A DNA stretch of 35,233 bases. Source: Welwitschia mirabilis (lineage: Eukaryota). The stretch lies in NCBI GenBank assembly GCA_051453625.1, contig JBOZIK010000001.1, positions 49,033,493 to 49,068,725 on the forward strand, read 5' to 3'. The notes under the pieces were generated by a model, which was not told the origin of the DNA, made no database searches, and saw only the letters and a program-made list of their open reading frames with translations. This document shows positions 11,686-24,729 of the stretch, piece after piece. Positions within the stretch are counted from its first letter, which is position 1; each line of letters begins with the position of its first letter. The position numbers and the translations under genes were made by a program.

Positions 11686-14601
11686 TTTTTTTTTCTTTTC
11701 TTTCTTTTCTTTTTTTCCACATACTTCTTGAAAATAAATCCCATGTGACCACACATTCATAAATATGAAGGTGAAGAAATAAGATAAAAGACAAGAAAGA
11801 ACACCCCCAACAATCAAAGACTTACATCATTGAGAGAAAACACAAAAAATCAAAGCATATTCCTTCTAATGAAGTTCATAGGCATTTGAATTTATTAAGA
11901 TTGGATGAATCCAATCTTATCACTTGAATGTCTAAGTAAAAATTACTAGTCATGGTGACTTCATAAAGTAAAACCTAAGTCAAGTTTAAAATATGTTCAA
12001 GTGATAGCAAGATGTCCAACAAAAGAATAAGCTAAGAAAGAATTTAGATAATGATAGGATAACTTTTAGAACAATTGCTTCCAATATGTTCAAGATTTGA
12101 TGATTTATGGATTTTTAATTCTTATCTATTTTTCTAAATTTCCCTAGTGTTCAAATCGAAAATTTTAACTAAGCCATTGAAAATGTACTTTCTCTAAAGG
12201 ATAAGGACCTAACCATCTAGAGATTGATTTATTACTTAAAATAAAAACCAAAGAAAAAAGCATAAAAACATAAGAATAAAAAGGAAAAACCCAGGTAAAC
12301 TAAAAACAAGTTTTATTCAAATCCTAAATTCTATTTAACACTTTTATTAAAAAAGAAAAGAAAAGGAAAGATTTACTCTTAAGGTTATAGTCCTAGGATA
12401 TTGCATTCTCTTAGAGAAATAAGAACCAAATCAAATATTCATCAATTAGTAAGAGATATAATATACACAATCATTTTTCAGTAAAATTAATTAGATATAA
12501 AAATAATAAAAGGATACAACTTTGATAAAACAAATTTTAGATTCTAAAGAAGAGATAGATAAGTGATAAATCTCATTGAAGAATAATCTCTTATTGAAAC
12601 GATGTAAATCATGAATATCATCATATAATTCATGCAAACAAGAACTCAAAGAAAGTACTCAAGAATATTTTGAGGCTTTTTAAAATGTTCAGTAAGATTA
12701 AGAATCTTTCTATCATTCAATTCAAGACATAATTATTCAATAAAGAAATAAGGCCCTTTCCAATTAGCATGACTAAGTGGCATTTTATCTTTACAAGATT
12801 TAGTAGCAATATAAGAGATAAAAAATTCATATAACTCATGAAAAAATCATCTCTTATTAAACTCATGATGTAAAGAGTTTGAAATATATATTTCATTCAA
12901 AGCTTAATATTAAACATGAAATATATTAAGAATCCAAGGCTTTGGAAAAAAACTTCTTGGGGAGAGTGATTAAAATAGGTTTAATATACTTAAAAAGCTC
13001 TTTAACATTTAATTCTAAGCATGAGTTTGGATAAAGAAGATAATGTTTGCTCCAATTTAGAGTTCCAAGATATCCCAAGTCTTATTTTCGAAAAAATTAG
13101 TCATTAAAAGCACAAGGTATAGTTGGTATAGTTAACTTTGTAAAAGACAAAAAGATGTTACTTTTTGTAGGACACAAAGTTCTAAAAGGAAAAAGTTAAG
13201 AGATTTTTAAAGTATACTCCTCAAAGTGATGTGTTTCATTAAATTCAAGCAGAGTAATAGAATTTTGAGAATTTAAATGTTCAAATGGGAGAGATGGCAA
13301 AAGGTTATCATTATCAAGATCAAAAGATAATTTGGAAGTAGAAGTAGAATGAGGGATATCATTTGAGGATTTGCATGGAAGTATAAGTGAAAGAAATGGA
13401 GAAACATGTGGAGACTCTTTAAATTGGTTTATTTCAATAAAAGGTATAAGTCTATTCTCTATTACATTTGTTTAATTTTCAATTACTTCTTCTTTATTTC
13501 TCTTATCCTCATTGTTGATTTTATCATTACTTGGTTGAATGCTCTCTTTACTTCATTATGTTCTTTGATAATATCTTCTTCTTCTTCATTATCTTTATTA
13601 ATATCATTGACTATATCTTACTCGTTTTTATTAAACTTATTATTATTTTGTTGAGAATTTTTTTCATTTTATAAGTTGTGGGTTCCTTAAGAATATCATT
13701 AAAAATATCATGGAAAGAAAATTTCTCATTATGTAATGGAAGATTTTTTTAATATTTCCTAAGTTGGTTCTTCTTTCTGTTTGTTGAATAATTCTATTAA
13801 TTCTAAACTATAATCCTCATGTTTAGTTACTGTGTTATTATTATTGACTATTGTCTTACATTTTTGTCTGGATAACATGGGTGGATAACTTCCTTCATAA
13901 TGTAAATTATTTACTGATTTTATTTCATTACTTAAATTCTCTTCAATCTTACATGCTAAACTTCTTTTAAAGGCTTAACTCCTTCATCCTCATCACAAAG
14001 TAAGTGAAAACTAGAGATATGATCTAATATTTTAATATAATCATCATCATCTTATTTCTCACCATTTTTATCATCTTATTGCATGTCATTATTTTCTAAT
14101 TCATTAGATTCATTAGAAGGTGAAATTTGATCATTATATTTATTATGGTTTAAAGAATTTTTAAATTTTTCATGAATTAATTCTTTTTTTTCATCTTTAT
14201 TTTCTAATAGGAATTGAATGGGGTTATAACCTAGCTCATCATCTAAGAAATAATCATTTTCATTTTTATTGTAGAATAATGGAGTTGACTCATTATTGTT
14301 TTTATTTTATTATGCATCTCCTAATAAGTTTGATGTTGTAGGTTTATCCATACTTTCACTTTCTATGTTGAAGCAAGAATTATTGTTACTTATTATTTCA
14401 AAGTTCTCCTCATGTTTCTCAAAGTGGAATGTAGCAGGATAGGTTTGTTGTGTAACAGAACCTTGAGATTTTTGAATTTGTAATAAATTTTTTTGAAACA
14501 TTTCAATTAAATTTTCTAAGTTCTTATTGGTATGTTCTTGTCTTATTTTCATTTTCTTAAGCATTTCTGTTACTAAGTTATTTCCTTATTCATAGTAACT
14601 T

Positions 14602-14758
14602 ATGGTAGATGGATCTTCTTCTTCATAATAATCTATGGAAGATGGTTGTTCTTTATAATAACTCATGGAAGATGGTTATTTTTCATAATGACTCATGAGA
14701 TATGGTTGTTCTTCATAATGACTCATGGAAGATGGTTGGAATTCATTGAAATGATTGT
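14602..14758 (-). repeat. 30-bp tandem repeat, 5 units, in family A ORF
   Basis: ATGGAAGATGGTTGTTCTTCATAATGACTC-like units. Confidence 0.85.
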
Positions 14759-15837
14759 AACATATTTCACTAAATGAGGTGAAATCCCTAAAATGTTGCA
14801 AATCATCATTGTCATCTTCATTTAAATTTTAAAAAGAAGGAGAAAAAAATAAGAAGTTTGAAAAAGGAAGGATTCATAGTCTTAACCTCATTTGAAGTTC
14901 CTCAAAATTGTTCTTAAATATTTTTCTAAGTGTTTTATTTCCATTATTCTTAAAATTTGGATGTTTTCTCCTCCTTTCTTTAGCTCTCATTTCAATCAAA
15001 TTTTATCATTATTTTTAGTAGTAAATGAGAAGATCATTATTAGAAGATAAGATATAAGAATTTTATCTTTTACATCTCATTTTAATAATTATCTCTTCTA
15101 TAGTAACCTTTGCATTTAAATTAGAGGGTTATATCATGTTTACATTAAGTGATGCTACTTATTAATAAGAAGGAATAAAATGAATTTTCTCCTATTATAT
15201 TATTTTCACTTCTACTATTGAAAAATTTAGTTCTAGAATCATAAAAGCTAAAAAGTTTTCTTCAAATCTTAAAAATTACATACCTAGGATGTGCATATCT
15301 GTATCTTATTTTTTCTCGAGTAAGCCTTTTTTGATATTTTTTTGAGTAAGCTTTATTCCCTTAGATATTTTAGCTTTTCACTAGATTTTATCATGTCCAT
15401 GCATGCTCAGTAAAATATTTATCTATTTGTTATCTCCTTCATTGTCTAGAAATATCCTAGACAACTAGAAAATAAAGAAAATAGAAAATACAATAGCTAA
15501 AAACTATAATAGAAACCTATTATGAGTTATTTTCTTATGCCATCTGGATGATAGAGTAGATAATATCAACTTATTACACAATGGAAAATCAAAAACCTAT
15601 GGAAAAAATAATTAAAAAACCCTAATCCTAGGTCATCATCTGCCTATGTCATTGGGATGACAAACAAGACGACAGGCTTGAAAAATGCAGAACAAAAAAT
15701 AAAAAATACATGAAAAAACGTGGAAATAAAAATTATGATATTTATAGTAAAAATACAATGCTAACGTGAACAAATATCTAAATTAAAATCTAAAGCACTT
15801 ATCTGGGTAATGACAATTCTCGAACTCCTTGTAGCCT

Positions 15838-15855
15838 TCCTCAGTAATGGTGCTA
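15838..15855 (-). other. Decayed tRNA-Asp primer-binding site
   Basis: TCCTCAGTAATGGTGCTA matches the tRNA-Asp 3' end at 12/18; all differences are C>T or G>A. Confidence 0.8.
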
Positions 15856-15858
15856 AGA

Positions 15859-17091
15859 TGTTACAGTGTGTATTTATGCAAATATTACATTCTTAGTCAA
15901 ATCCTATCAATCACAAATATATGCACAAACATAATACTCTAATATAAATGGGAGTGGATTCAAATCTCATAATCTGTTAAAGACACTAGGCAAGAAGAAA
16001 GAGAATTACTTTTTATGAAGTAAAGGTTTAAAATGAAAATAAAAAATGCAAGAAAAGTAAATACATTATGCAAATGTAAATTCAATCTACTCCAAATGCA
16101 ATATCTATCTGACTACCATATCATTGTTACAAGATCAGCCCTATATAACCTATATTAATTAAAGAAACTATTTCTAACCCCAACCAGGCTAAGCTATTAA
16201 GTGCATTAAATAGAATATGGCAAACATGCAAAGTTTAGTTTAGGAAATATCAAATGCAATGCAAGATCCTAAACTAATAGTTTCAACCTTAATAAAGGTT
16301 GCCCTTGATGACCTATCATAGATAACGCTGTCACAGAGTCGTAAGCCATATAAACCATAAGGCACATGTACATGAATATAATAAAACTAAAAGAAGATTT
16401 TCATTAAAAGTTAAACCAATAACCTGTTATAAAGAAACAGCATCTTAATAAAGGGGACATAGTCTAACACTAAGGAAGACCCCTCTCTGCAACTAATGGA
16501 TGGACCTCTAACCCTTCAATCTCCTGTCACAAGAATTTTTGGTGCAACAAATATGATTAGAGTTAAGAGCAAAGACAATATTTATTGATAACAACAGACT
16601 CTAACAATAGCAAATATAACAGATGCATTGAAATCCTAATGGAACATAGAAAGCACATAACATATTGCATAAGTTAGGTAAAGAATGATAAATTAACTAA
16701 AACTAGATTATTATCCCAATTATCATCTAGAAGATGATGGGGACAATGCCACATTAAGAGAGTTTTATATTTAGCTTTCATATTGGTTCAGTTAGCCTCT
16801 GTCAGCATGTAAGTGGTGTCATCTTAGTATTTCATTTGGATGAGGGAGGGGACAACAACCTTCTTAAATCTCTTCAATCAAGTTAATTTAACTTCATAGA
16901 ACATTAATTCCTCCTTAAAATTTGAAGTATTAGAATTAATACAAAATACCTCCAAAAGTATTGGTATTTATGCATTTTCATGATTTTCTCCTTGACTCTC
17001 AATAATTATTGTTTTATTTTTAAACCTATCTAAATGTCTTATAAAATTACTCAAAATAAATCTTCAAAACGTATAATTTGGCATCACAATA
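15859..17091 (-). repeat. 5' LTR of family A copy 2
   Basis: TGTTACAGTG...CATCACAATA; colinear with 8515-9729. Confidence 0.9.
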
Positions 17092-18659
17092 ATGACCTTA
17101 CTCATTCTTTGATTTTCATATCATTCATGTCTTCATCTTGGAAAAATGTCTTGCAAGGATTACTATATAATCAAGAAAAGGAAATAGGATGGTCCTCTCA
17201 TCACCTAGAATGTTTGAATCATAATGAGTTTTTTTGTCATACACTTTCTAAGTTTTTCAACTCATGTGTGAAGTCTAGTCATGAAAAAATTTCTAGCTTT
17301 TATTTGTTACTTGATCATTTGTCCTATTCCTTTGAGCTTGAATATCCTAATCCTTCAAATTTTTCCTCTTCATCCATGATTGAATATACTTCTTATAAGC
17401 CTAACTTAATTTCATCAAATGAGTTTAGATGGAGATCTACTCTAGTCTTAAGATGTTTAATTAACCTATTTAAAAGCTAATTATGTTCAAGGATGCTCCT
17501 TTCATAAAAAATACTAGTCATAATCATTTATCCTACCCTCATTTTAGCCATTCTCATGTGTCCACATCACCTTCATATAATCATATATTATTCACATTTC
17601 ATCCACTTCTTCCATTCTCTTATGAGTTTATAAAACTGAATGATCTTGATTAATGGTCTTTCCTTTAATCTACTAATAAGGAGATCTTTTATCTTTTTAA
17701 AGTTTAGTTGATATTTTATAGGTTTTTGCATTTTTAGAAGATAGTTCTTTAAGTTTCTTGTTAATATTTTCATGTGTTAGAGATCTCCAATTTGGAATAA
17801 AGAAAAAGATGGTTTTTCTTCTTTCATGATGTTTCTTTATTTCAAAGCATCCATGAGGATGATATCATTTCTTCATTAAGCTAATGATCGAATGACCCCT
17901 TCTGATGTGCTATGAATATAAAAAATATGTACAAGAGCAAACTAAATCAAGCAAAATCTTGAATCTTTTTATTAGAATATTTTATTATGATTATTTTTAT
18001 GAATTTAGTTAACTGCATCGAGGCTATGAATACCTACTAGTGATGCAACTCTAAAGATTCATTTGATACATTTAACTACAGTGAAGCTATAAATAATTGC
18101 TAATAATGTAGCACTAAATATTTTTAGTATAACATGTTAAATCTACTAGAAGTAAGAATCACAACACTAAATGTTCAATATGATCATATGCTTGAAACAT
18201 GGTTATTCATGAAAGAAGGATGCAAAAGTAATGAAACCAAAGGGGGATTGAAGAAATCTTTTGTATTTTTATTTTAACATATTGAACTTGAGATTCTTTT
18301 AATATTTTTAGATTTACAAATATTTACTAGTTAATACTTTTATTTATCTTGGTAAAGGATCTATCAAAATAATGTAAATAAAAGAAGACCATTAGCTTGC
18401 ATTTATTATGTCTTATTATTCATAGGATGCATGGTAGGGTTTATCATTTCATTACTTCATCTAATCCTTTCTATTTTATTTTTCACAAAATGCATTTTCA
18501 TCATCCATTTCAACTTACACCCCTTTGTTTTTTCTTTTATGATAAAGTACACCAAGAAACATATTATGTTTTTTATGATTTAACTCCTTCATTCATGTTT
18601 AGATCTAAGGTAAATTCAATCTAAGCCATTGATAAAATTTAATAATCCAACAGTTAAAA

Positions 18660-21033
18660 TTTCATTTAATTTCTATTAAACCCATGATTTTTTAGCTCAA
18701 TTGCATTAATCACTTATGTTTTTTGCAATTCTCATGTTGTTGTACTCTATCTTACCTTATCTCGACCTATGCATCCATGTTTTACTAGCATTATTGCCTA
18801 CCCTCACTAGTGTCATTATTCTTTTGGAACTAGGTACCTTTGTCTTTTAATTACAACTTTTTTATAGGATCCTCTAGTTTCTCAGTGCATTGGGGAGCCT
18901 GTTCTTAAATCTAAACTCCTTATATTTACTTTCCAACCCATTTTTCACTTTTATAACTTCTTCATTCATATCTATTTCATTTACATTTATTTTTCTTTCT
19001 TTAATTCTATTATTTCAAGCCATAATAAGTGGAAGATCGAAACCATTTTTAAAAGAAGAAATTTTTACATCCTTCCTCGCCATTTATGCATCTTCATATC
19101 TTACTAAGGTTGAGGCAAAAAAATTAGAACTACTTGTTAAGGAAGAAGACATCTACTACTTTCCCAAGGGAGTTTTGGAGTTCTTCAGAAATGCTATAAT
19201 AGATGAAGATGACCCTTTGGTAATTCATTCTTCAATTAATCACATTTATTTTGTTGTTTCATTTAGTAATGTAAAAGAATTAATAAGAGTTAAACGTTAT
19301 GATAATTTACCTTACATGCTCATAAAATCCCTTAGTTTTTATTATGCTACACTCCACGTACAATGTGAATCAAATAGGAAAGGATTCCACCCTTGTAAAT
19401 ACCTTTAAAAGAATAAATTAGTACTTTTTAGACTTATAATCCCTAATGTCTTACCTACATAACATGTGATGGATGCTTACAATAATCATCATGATATGAT
19501 TAGAACAATTCACATAATAAGGCCTTTGATATTTTTAAATGTCTTTTTACCATCATAGTAAATAATATTGACTATAGGAGTAATCTTTTCTTCCTAGGAT
19601 TAGTTTTAGATCGATTTATAATGCCTTGTCTTACACTTTAGATTTTGAAGGATGGGATATAACCTTCATAGAAATCGTCAACCCTAAGAAGATTACCAAC
19701 TTAGTAAGTGTAAAAGAAAAAATTGGATTTCAAGAGGTCTTTATGAGATTCAAGAAGAATAATTACCTCTCAAAAAATTCATTTCTACTTCTCAAGCCCT
19801 TTCTTCTTTTTATTTTTCATACACTACAAGAATAAAGGAGGAAGCATTCATAGGTTAATCTTCTCATGCCCCTTCTTTTCCATTATTTTTTGATCCTCCT
19901 TTCATAACTCACCATCATTCTTATGATATCATTTTGGAGGAAGTACTCAAATTAGAAAGGACTTAAATTAGAAATCTTTGGAAAAAAAGAAGAAGATTGC
20001 TAAGTAATAAAAAACAAATTCAAGGAAGTAAGAGGAAATGGTTTAGATGTTGGAACAGATTGCCTCTTATAGAAGACTCACGAGCCAAATTCTCCCTTTC
20101 TTTCTCTTTCTCTTCACCATTCTTTACCTACATTTTTTTTCCTTTTTTGTAGCTACATTGTAATAGAATTTTCTCTTATTTTAATGAATTTTGTACTTAA
20201 TGTAAAATGCATGTTGAATTCCTACCTTTGCCAATATAGTCTTTATTCTAAACTGATACATAATTACTAACATTCTAATTTAGTATTTAGTCTTTGTAAT
20301 GAAACCCTCATAGCATAATTCTTAACAAAGCTAATGGAACCACCTTTCCTAGCCGACACCACTACTTATTCTACATAAAATGATCTTTGTTGGGCTAAAA
20401 TATCCCATATTTCATTTCTAGTGTTTCAAGACTTGGATCTGCATTAAAAATTCATAAAAACTGATTGATACAAACTCATCATCCATTTCTTCATTTCTAA
20501 ACCATTACATTTCATTCTTCATTCATTTTTTTTCTTTGTTTTTTGATTATTTTTGTAGTTTATATTTCACATCAAAGACTTATGTCATTACAATCAAAGA
20601 GTCACTTTAATTAAAAGTTTTTCTTTTGCATGAGTTTGCATTTTCCAATTTTTAGTTTCATCATGCATTGCATGTTTTATTTTCATAATTTTCCTTTTAG
20701 TTCATTTTTCATTGCAGTAGAACATGAATTATTCAATCCTCATTGTAGAACATGAATTATTCAATCCTCATTACTTTTCCACTCAATTTTTCATATCTTT
20801 TAAACGTTATGGATAAAGTTTAGATTTGGTTAGGGGGAATGGCATGTGTGATGAAGTACTTATCTTTAATGCTTTATTCTTTTACTAAAGTGTAATTTCA
20901 TATTAAATTAGTTAAATTTTGCAAAGTCACTTATTATTTCTTGATTGATTTACTTTGTAATTTTTTTAATGTTACTTAAGCTTTGACACACCATTTTTTA
21001 CTAAGGTACTATCAAAAGATTGGTTAGAGGGTA
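18660..21033 (+). mobile_element. 3' internal region of family B LTR retrotransposon (decayed antisense ORF ~18660-19940, T-rich 3' UTR, PPT-like tract)
   Basis: GGTTAGAGGGTA lies directly before the LTR TG at 21034, with a second G-tract TAGGGGGA at 20831-20838. The left boundary is uncertain. Confidence 0.5.
20717..20772. repeat. Perfect 28-bp tandem duplication
   Basis: GTAGAACATGAATTATTCAATCCTCATT x2. Confidence 0.95.
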
Positions 21034-22233
21034 TGATAATACACAAAATTAACATTTACATCAACAAATCTGGACCTTGTTAGCATGTTTAATTGATCAT
21101 TATGATGCTTTTATGCATTTATTATGCTAAAGGTCATAAGAATTAGTTTTACTAATAATCTTCCTTAACACTATCTTTTTGAGGGAGATTTACATCATCT
21201 AGAGCATTGTGGTAGAGAATGGAGGTATGCTAAGCATTATTGGCAAGGGCATCAGTTCTAGGAATAAGGGCATTGGTTATTATGTTTAGAAGAGATTCAT
21301 ACTTACATTCTTAAGCCTTCTTAACACAAGCAATTCATTTGAGGCATTACTAAAAGAAGATGATAAACAAATAATATTTTATAAGAAAAACCCCTCAAAT
21401 TGATCCCATGACTAAAGGATAACTAGGTGTACTTTAGGCATTCTAAGGAACGACCCCATTAGATCTTGATAACCCTAATTAAAACTTTAATTCAGTTTAT
21501 AAATACCTTCCTTCACTTCACTTGAAATCATCTTTGATCATATTATGTAAGAGATTATTAAAGATTTACTCATGTGCTTTTCTAATCCTTACATTAGGGA
21601 TGGGCTATCTTTCAACCTAGCATGATGCTTCTTAAATTAGCATGAGTACTTTTTATAGATTATGTGCTTTTACTTCTCTGAAATAAAGTGTTACATGTTT
21701 TTTTCTTAATGCATTACTCTAATACTAAGTGGTGATTATTTCGTAGTTGGTATGCTTAGGATTGGCTACAACATGTTATTACTTTTAGATTTCATGTGTG
21801 ATTCTCCTTTTTACTCTAGATTTCATAATTTGAATATTAATTTGATGGATCTTACAAAAATTGTATTTTTTATGCTTATCATATTCTTATTGTGAAGGTT
21901 AGGTGGGTTGGAGACATCACCCTCATATCTATTGTGGATGATATTATGTCACTGTGCTTGAGCTAGAACCACATGAGCCTCATGTCTATGGTGGATGAAC
22001 TATAGTACTATGCTTGAGCTAGGGTAAAATCTATATGAATTTAATAAAATATTTATTCTTTCATTGTATTCATTATACTAGTATTAATGCTATGCCCCAT
22101 TCCTAGTTCTTTACATATTTTAGCCACTACATCCATTTTTATTATGCTTGCTTTAATTAATAGTTTACTACATCTATCCTCATAAAAGAATGACATTGGA
22201 ATAGCACTACAAAATAAAGTCCTAGTTTTATTG
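21034..22233 (+). repeat. Family B 3' LTR (~1.2 kb; right end approximate)
   Basis: Starts TGATAA after the PPT-like tract and is homologous to 5174-5929. It contains an internal ~57-bp imperfect duplication at 21921-22022. The right end is inferred from where P450-like sequence begins. Confidence 0.7.
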
Positions 22234-22239
22234 GTAAAA

Positions 22240-23898
22240 GGTAATTTGGCGGTGCAACATTTATATCCCTAAGGAGAAATTACACATTACTATACATTTA
22301 GAACAAATATAAGAATAACCATATTTTACAATGAATACACATCCAACTCAATTATAGCCTATTTTTACTTCTTAGTCTTACTAAGTTTTTTTAGATAACC
22401 TTTTTCAGATATTTTCATCAAATTTTAAATAGATACTTCTAGTTTTCTTATAAGCAATATCTGCATAGCAACCGATTCGCTTTGCATACTTTTCATATAA
22501 GGCAGGGATTGTTTAAGAATTGCAAGACTTAAAATAATAGGAATGGATTTATCAATGATAATGCATTGAAACACCAAGGCTTATAATTCAACATAAGCAT
22601 GAAAAGCTTGACATAGAACATAATAATGGGATTTGCATTATTTATCCATGTTTTCTTATATTTTTAATAATTCTTAAAATAATTCTATGACTTTAGGATT
22701 TTATGAAAATTTTCATTTTTTCGTGGTTAAATCACATAAATCATAGCTTATGAGGGAATGTCATTGCCTAAAATATTGGTTGTGCTTAGGTTTAAAACTA
22801 ATTCCTATGGTTTATCAGGCTTCAAGTTGTTATTGTTGTCTTTTTTATTATTATGATGGCTAATGATGATTGATAATGGATTTTTCTTTAGATTCTTATT
22901 GATTTTATATGGTCTAATCTTTAGTTAGCAAAGTTATGCTTTAAATTTTTGGTGGATTTTCAACCCTTTGTCTATACTTTATAGAAAACAAAAGAGTGGA
23001 AGTAGAAGGGCAAATCATTTTATCAAAAAAATAAAACTTAACTATAGTAATACCTAATGAATGATTCAAAGAGCAATTTATTAGTAAGAGCTTAAATGAA
23101 GATTAAATCATAAAAAGGATAAATCCTTTAAGAAAATTCAAAAATATTTATGGTTCTTCTAGTCGGTAGCCTAAGACCTACTCCCATAGTATATTGTTCC
23201 TACTAAGACCTACTCCCATAGTATATTGTTCCTACTATTTTAACTATTAGCAATGTATCCATAATGGCAAGAGAGAGCATGAAAGGAGGTGTGAAAGTTC
23301 TTGGAAAGATAGGCAAGCTAAATGTAGAGATCATAACTCACCTCTACACCATAAGTTTTTGCCATTATAACTATTTTTAAGAACTATTTCTTATTGCTTA
23401 TGAATTTTTGTGATATGAGTTTGAAAGAAACCATGGCAATTGAGATGATTATAATATTTGGTTTTAGATAGGAATGATTTGAAATGAAACATTGATACTT
23501 TATCCACTAGTTGTGTTTCTTATCTAAGAAATGAACAAGGTAGTAAAGATTGGGGAATTCTCTCTTCATATAGGCATTCAAGCCTTGCTTGCAATCCTAC
23601 AAGTCTACTAGGATCTAAATCTATGAGGAGAAGATGTGAATGAGTTTAATTCTAAATGATTTGGGGAGGAAATTGTCAAGGTAGTTAAGAATATCTTGAC
23701 ATTTATTCCATTTAAAAATGATCCATAAATGTGCATAGGATAAAAATTTGTAGTGATAAAAGCAAACCAATACCAACCATGATTCTATAGAGCTTTTATT
23801 TTGTCATTGATCTATCTTATTATCTTACATCTATAACACCTTTTATATCACAACCTCAATATGGAACCATAGTTATCTTCAACAAGATTAACAAATGA
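22240..23898 (+). pseudogene. Cytochrome P450 pseudogene, CYP72 clan (non-processed, introns retained)
   Basis: The last exon from 23468 after TTTTAG reads IGMI*NETLILYPLVVFLI*EMNKVVKIGEFSLHIGIQALLAILQVY*DLNL*GEDVNEFNSK*FGEEIVKVVKNILTFIPFKNDP*MCIG*KF...QPQYGTIVIFNKI. This shows decayed ExxR, PERF and FxxGxRxCxG motifs. The previous exon has LAMYP*WQERA*KEV. Weaker upstream remnants (IIGNG, HEKL) occur at ~22530-22610, and the 5' part is low confidence. Confidence 0.88.
23171..23234. repeat. Perfect 32-bp tandem duplication inside P450 exon
   Basis: CTAAGACCTACTCCCATAGTATATTGTTCCTA x2, followed by CTA. Confidence 0.95.
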
Positions 23899-24729
23899 AG
23901 AGCATTTTCAAAAAGAATTGTAAATTTCAGGTAAATGTAGATCATTGTAAACATACCAAGATTTTAAAATTTTATTTAGATATGTTTATTTTTTACACAT
24001 TGCGTCTTTTAAAATTCCTATCTAGATGCATGCTTATGCAATTAGTGAATAATCTCATTATCGGTTTGCACAATATGATCAACTAGCTAAGTGATAATCC
24101 CTACATAGAAATTATCTTATTTCTATTCAAAGGCTTTTTCTTGAAGCTTGAAAGTTGGAACACATTGTTTTAATGTGAGCTTCATAAAAGAATGAAATGA
24201 GACAAGGTCTTTATAGTTTTCTTATCTTGAAATATATAAAACTATAGCAAATTACTGTTTCCTTTTTTTTATTGTACTTTTCAATTTTACAAGATACATT
24301 ACCTGACTTATGTATTTTTGAAAATTATTCAAGCTGAGTAACATTTTTAGCATGCTTTACTTGAAAGAGTAGTCTAGAATAAGTACAATTTCATCCTAGT
24401 TTTCTAATAATTTAGCTTTCTTACAATCAATATTACTTGATAAGGAAATTAGTCTTTGTACCCCAAGTCTCTTTCAATTCCAACTTTATAGGTAATTCGC
24501 TAAAACTTTTAAAGATCTTAAATTCTTATCATTTTGGTGTTTGTTCAATATTTACATTTTTTTCAAATATTTTTACCTTTATGTTAATATTTAATTATTA
24601 TACATTTCTTAAATGTGATGCATGTTGAAATCTAAAGTACTGAGAAAAGCATAATACAAGAGCATACAATAATCTGTGTTTCTTTTAATGATTAAAAAAT
24701 CAATAATATTAATTGCATTTCTTTGTTTT

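Larger units (their letters stand above)
8515..17091 (-). mobile_element. Athila-like LTR retrotransposon, family A copy 2; two LTRs, non-autonomous (no RT/RH/IN core seen)
   Basis: LTRs at 8515-9729 and 15859-17091, PPT at 9731-9742, tRNA-Asp PBS at 15838-15855. No target-site duplication detected. Confidence 0.85.

Noticed and set aside
11576-11794. ORF with RE dipeptide repeat
   Set aside because: It is simply the translation of the (TC)18 microsatellite.
17092-18600. Possible gag or other coding relic on - strand (e.g. 17588-17773)
   Set aside because: No recognisable motif, PBS or LTR; left unassigned.
19822-19835. CACTACAAGAATAA as left CACTA TIR (also CACTACAAAA at ~22205)
   Set aside because: No subterminal repeats follow, and the preceding 3 bp do not match the GTT after 24978.
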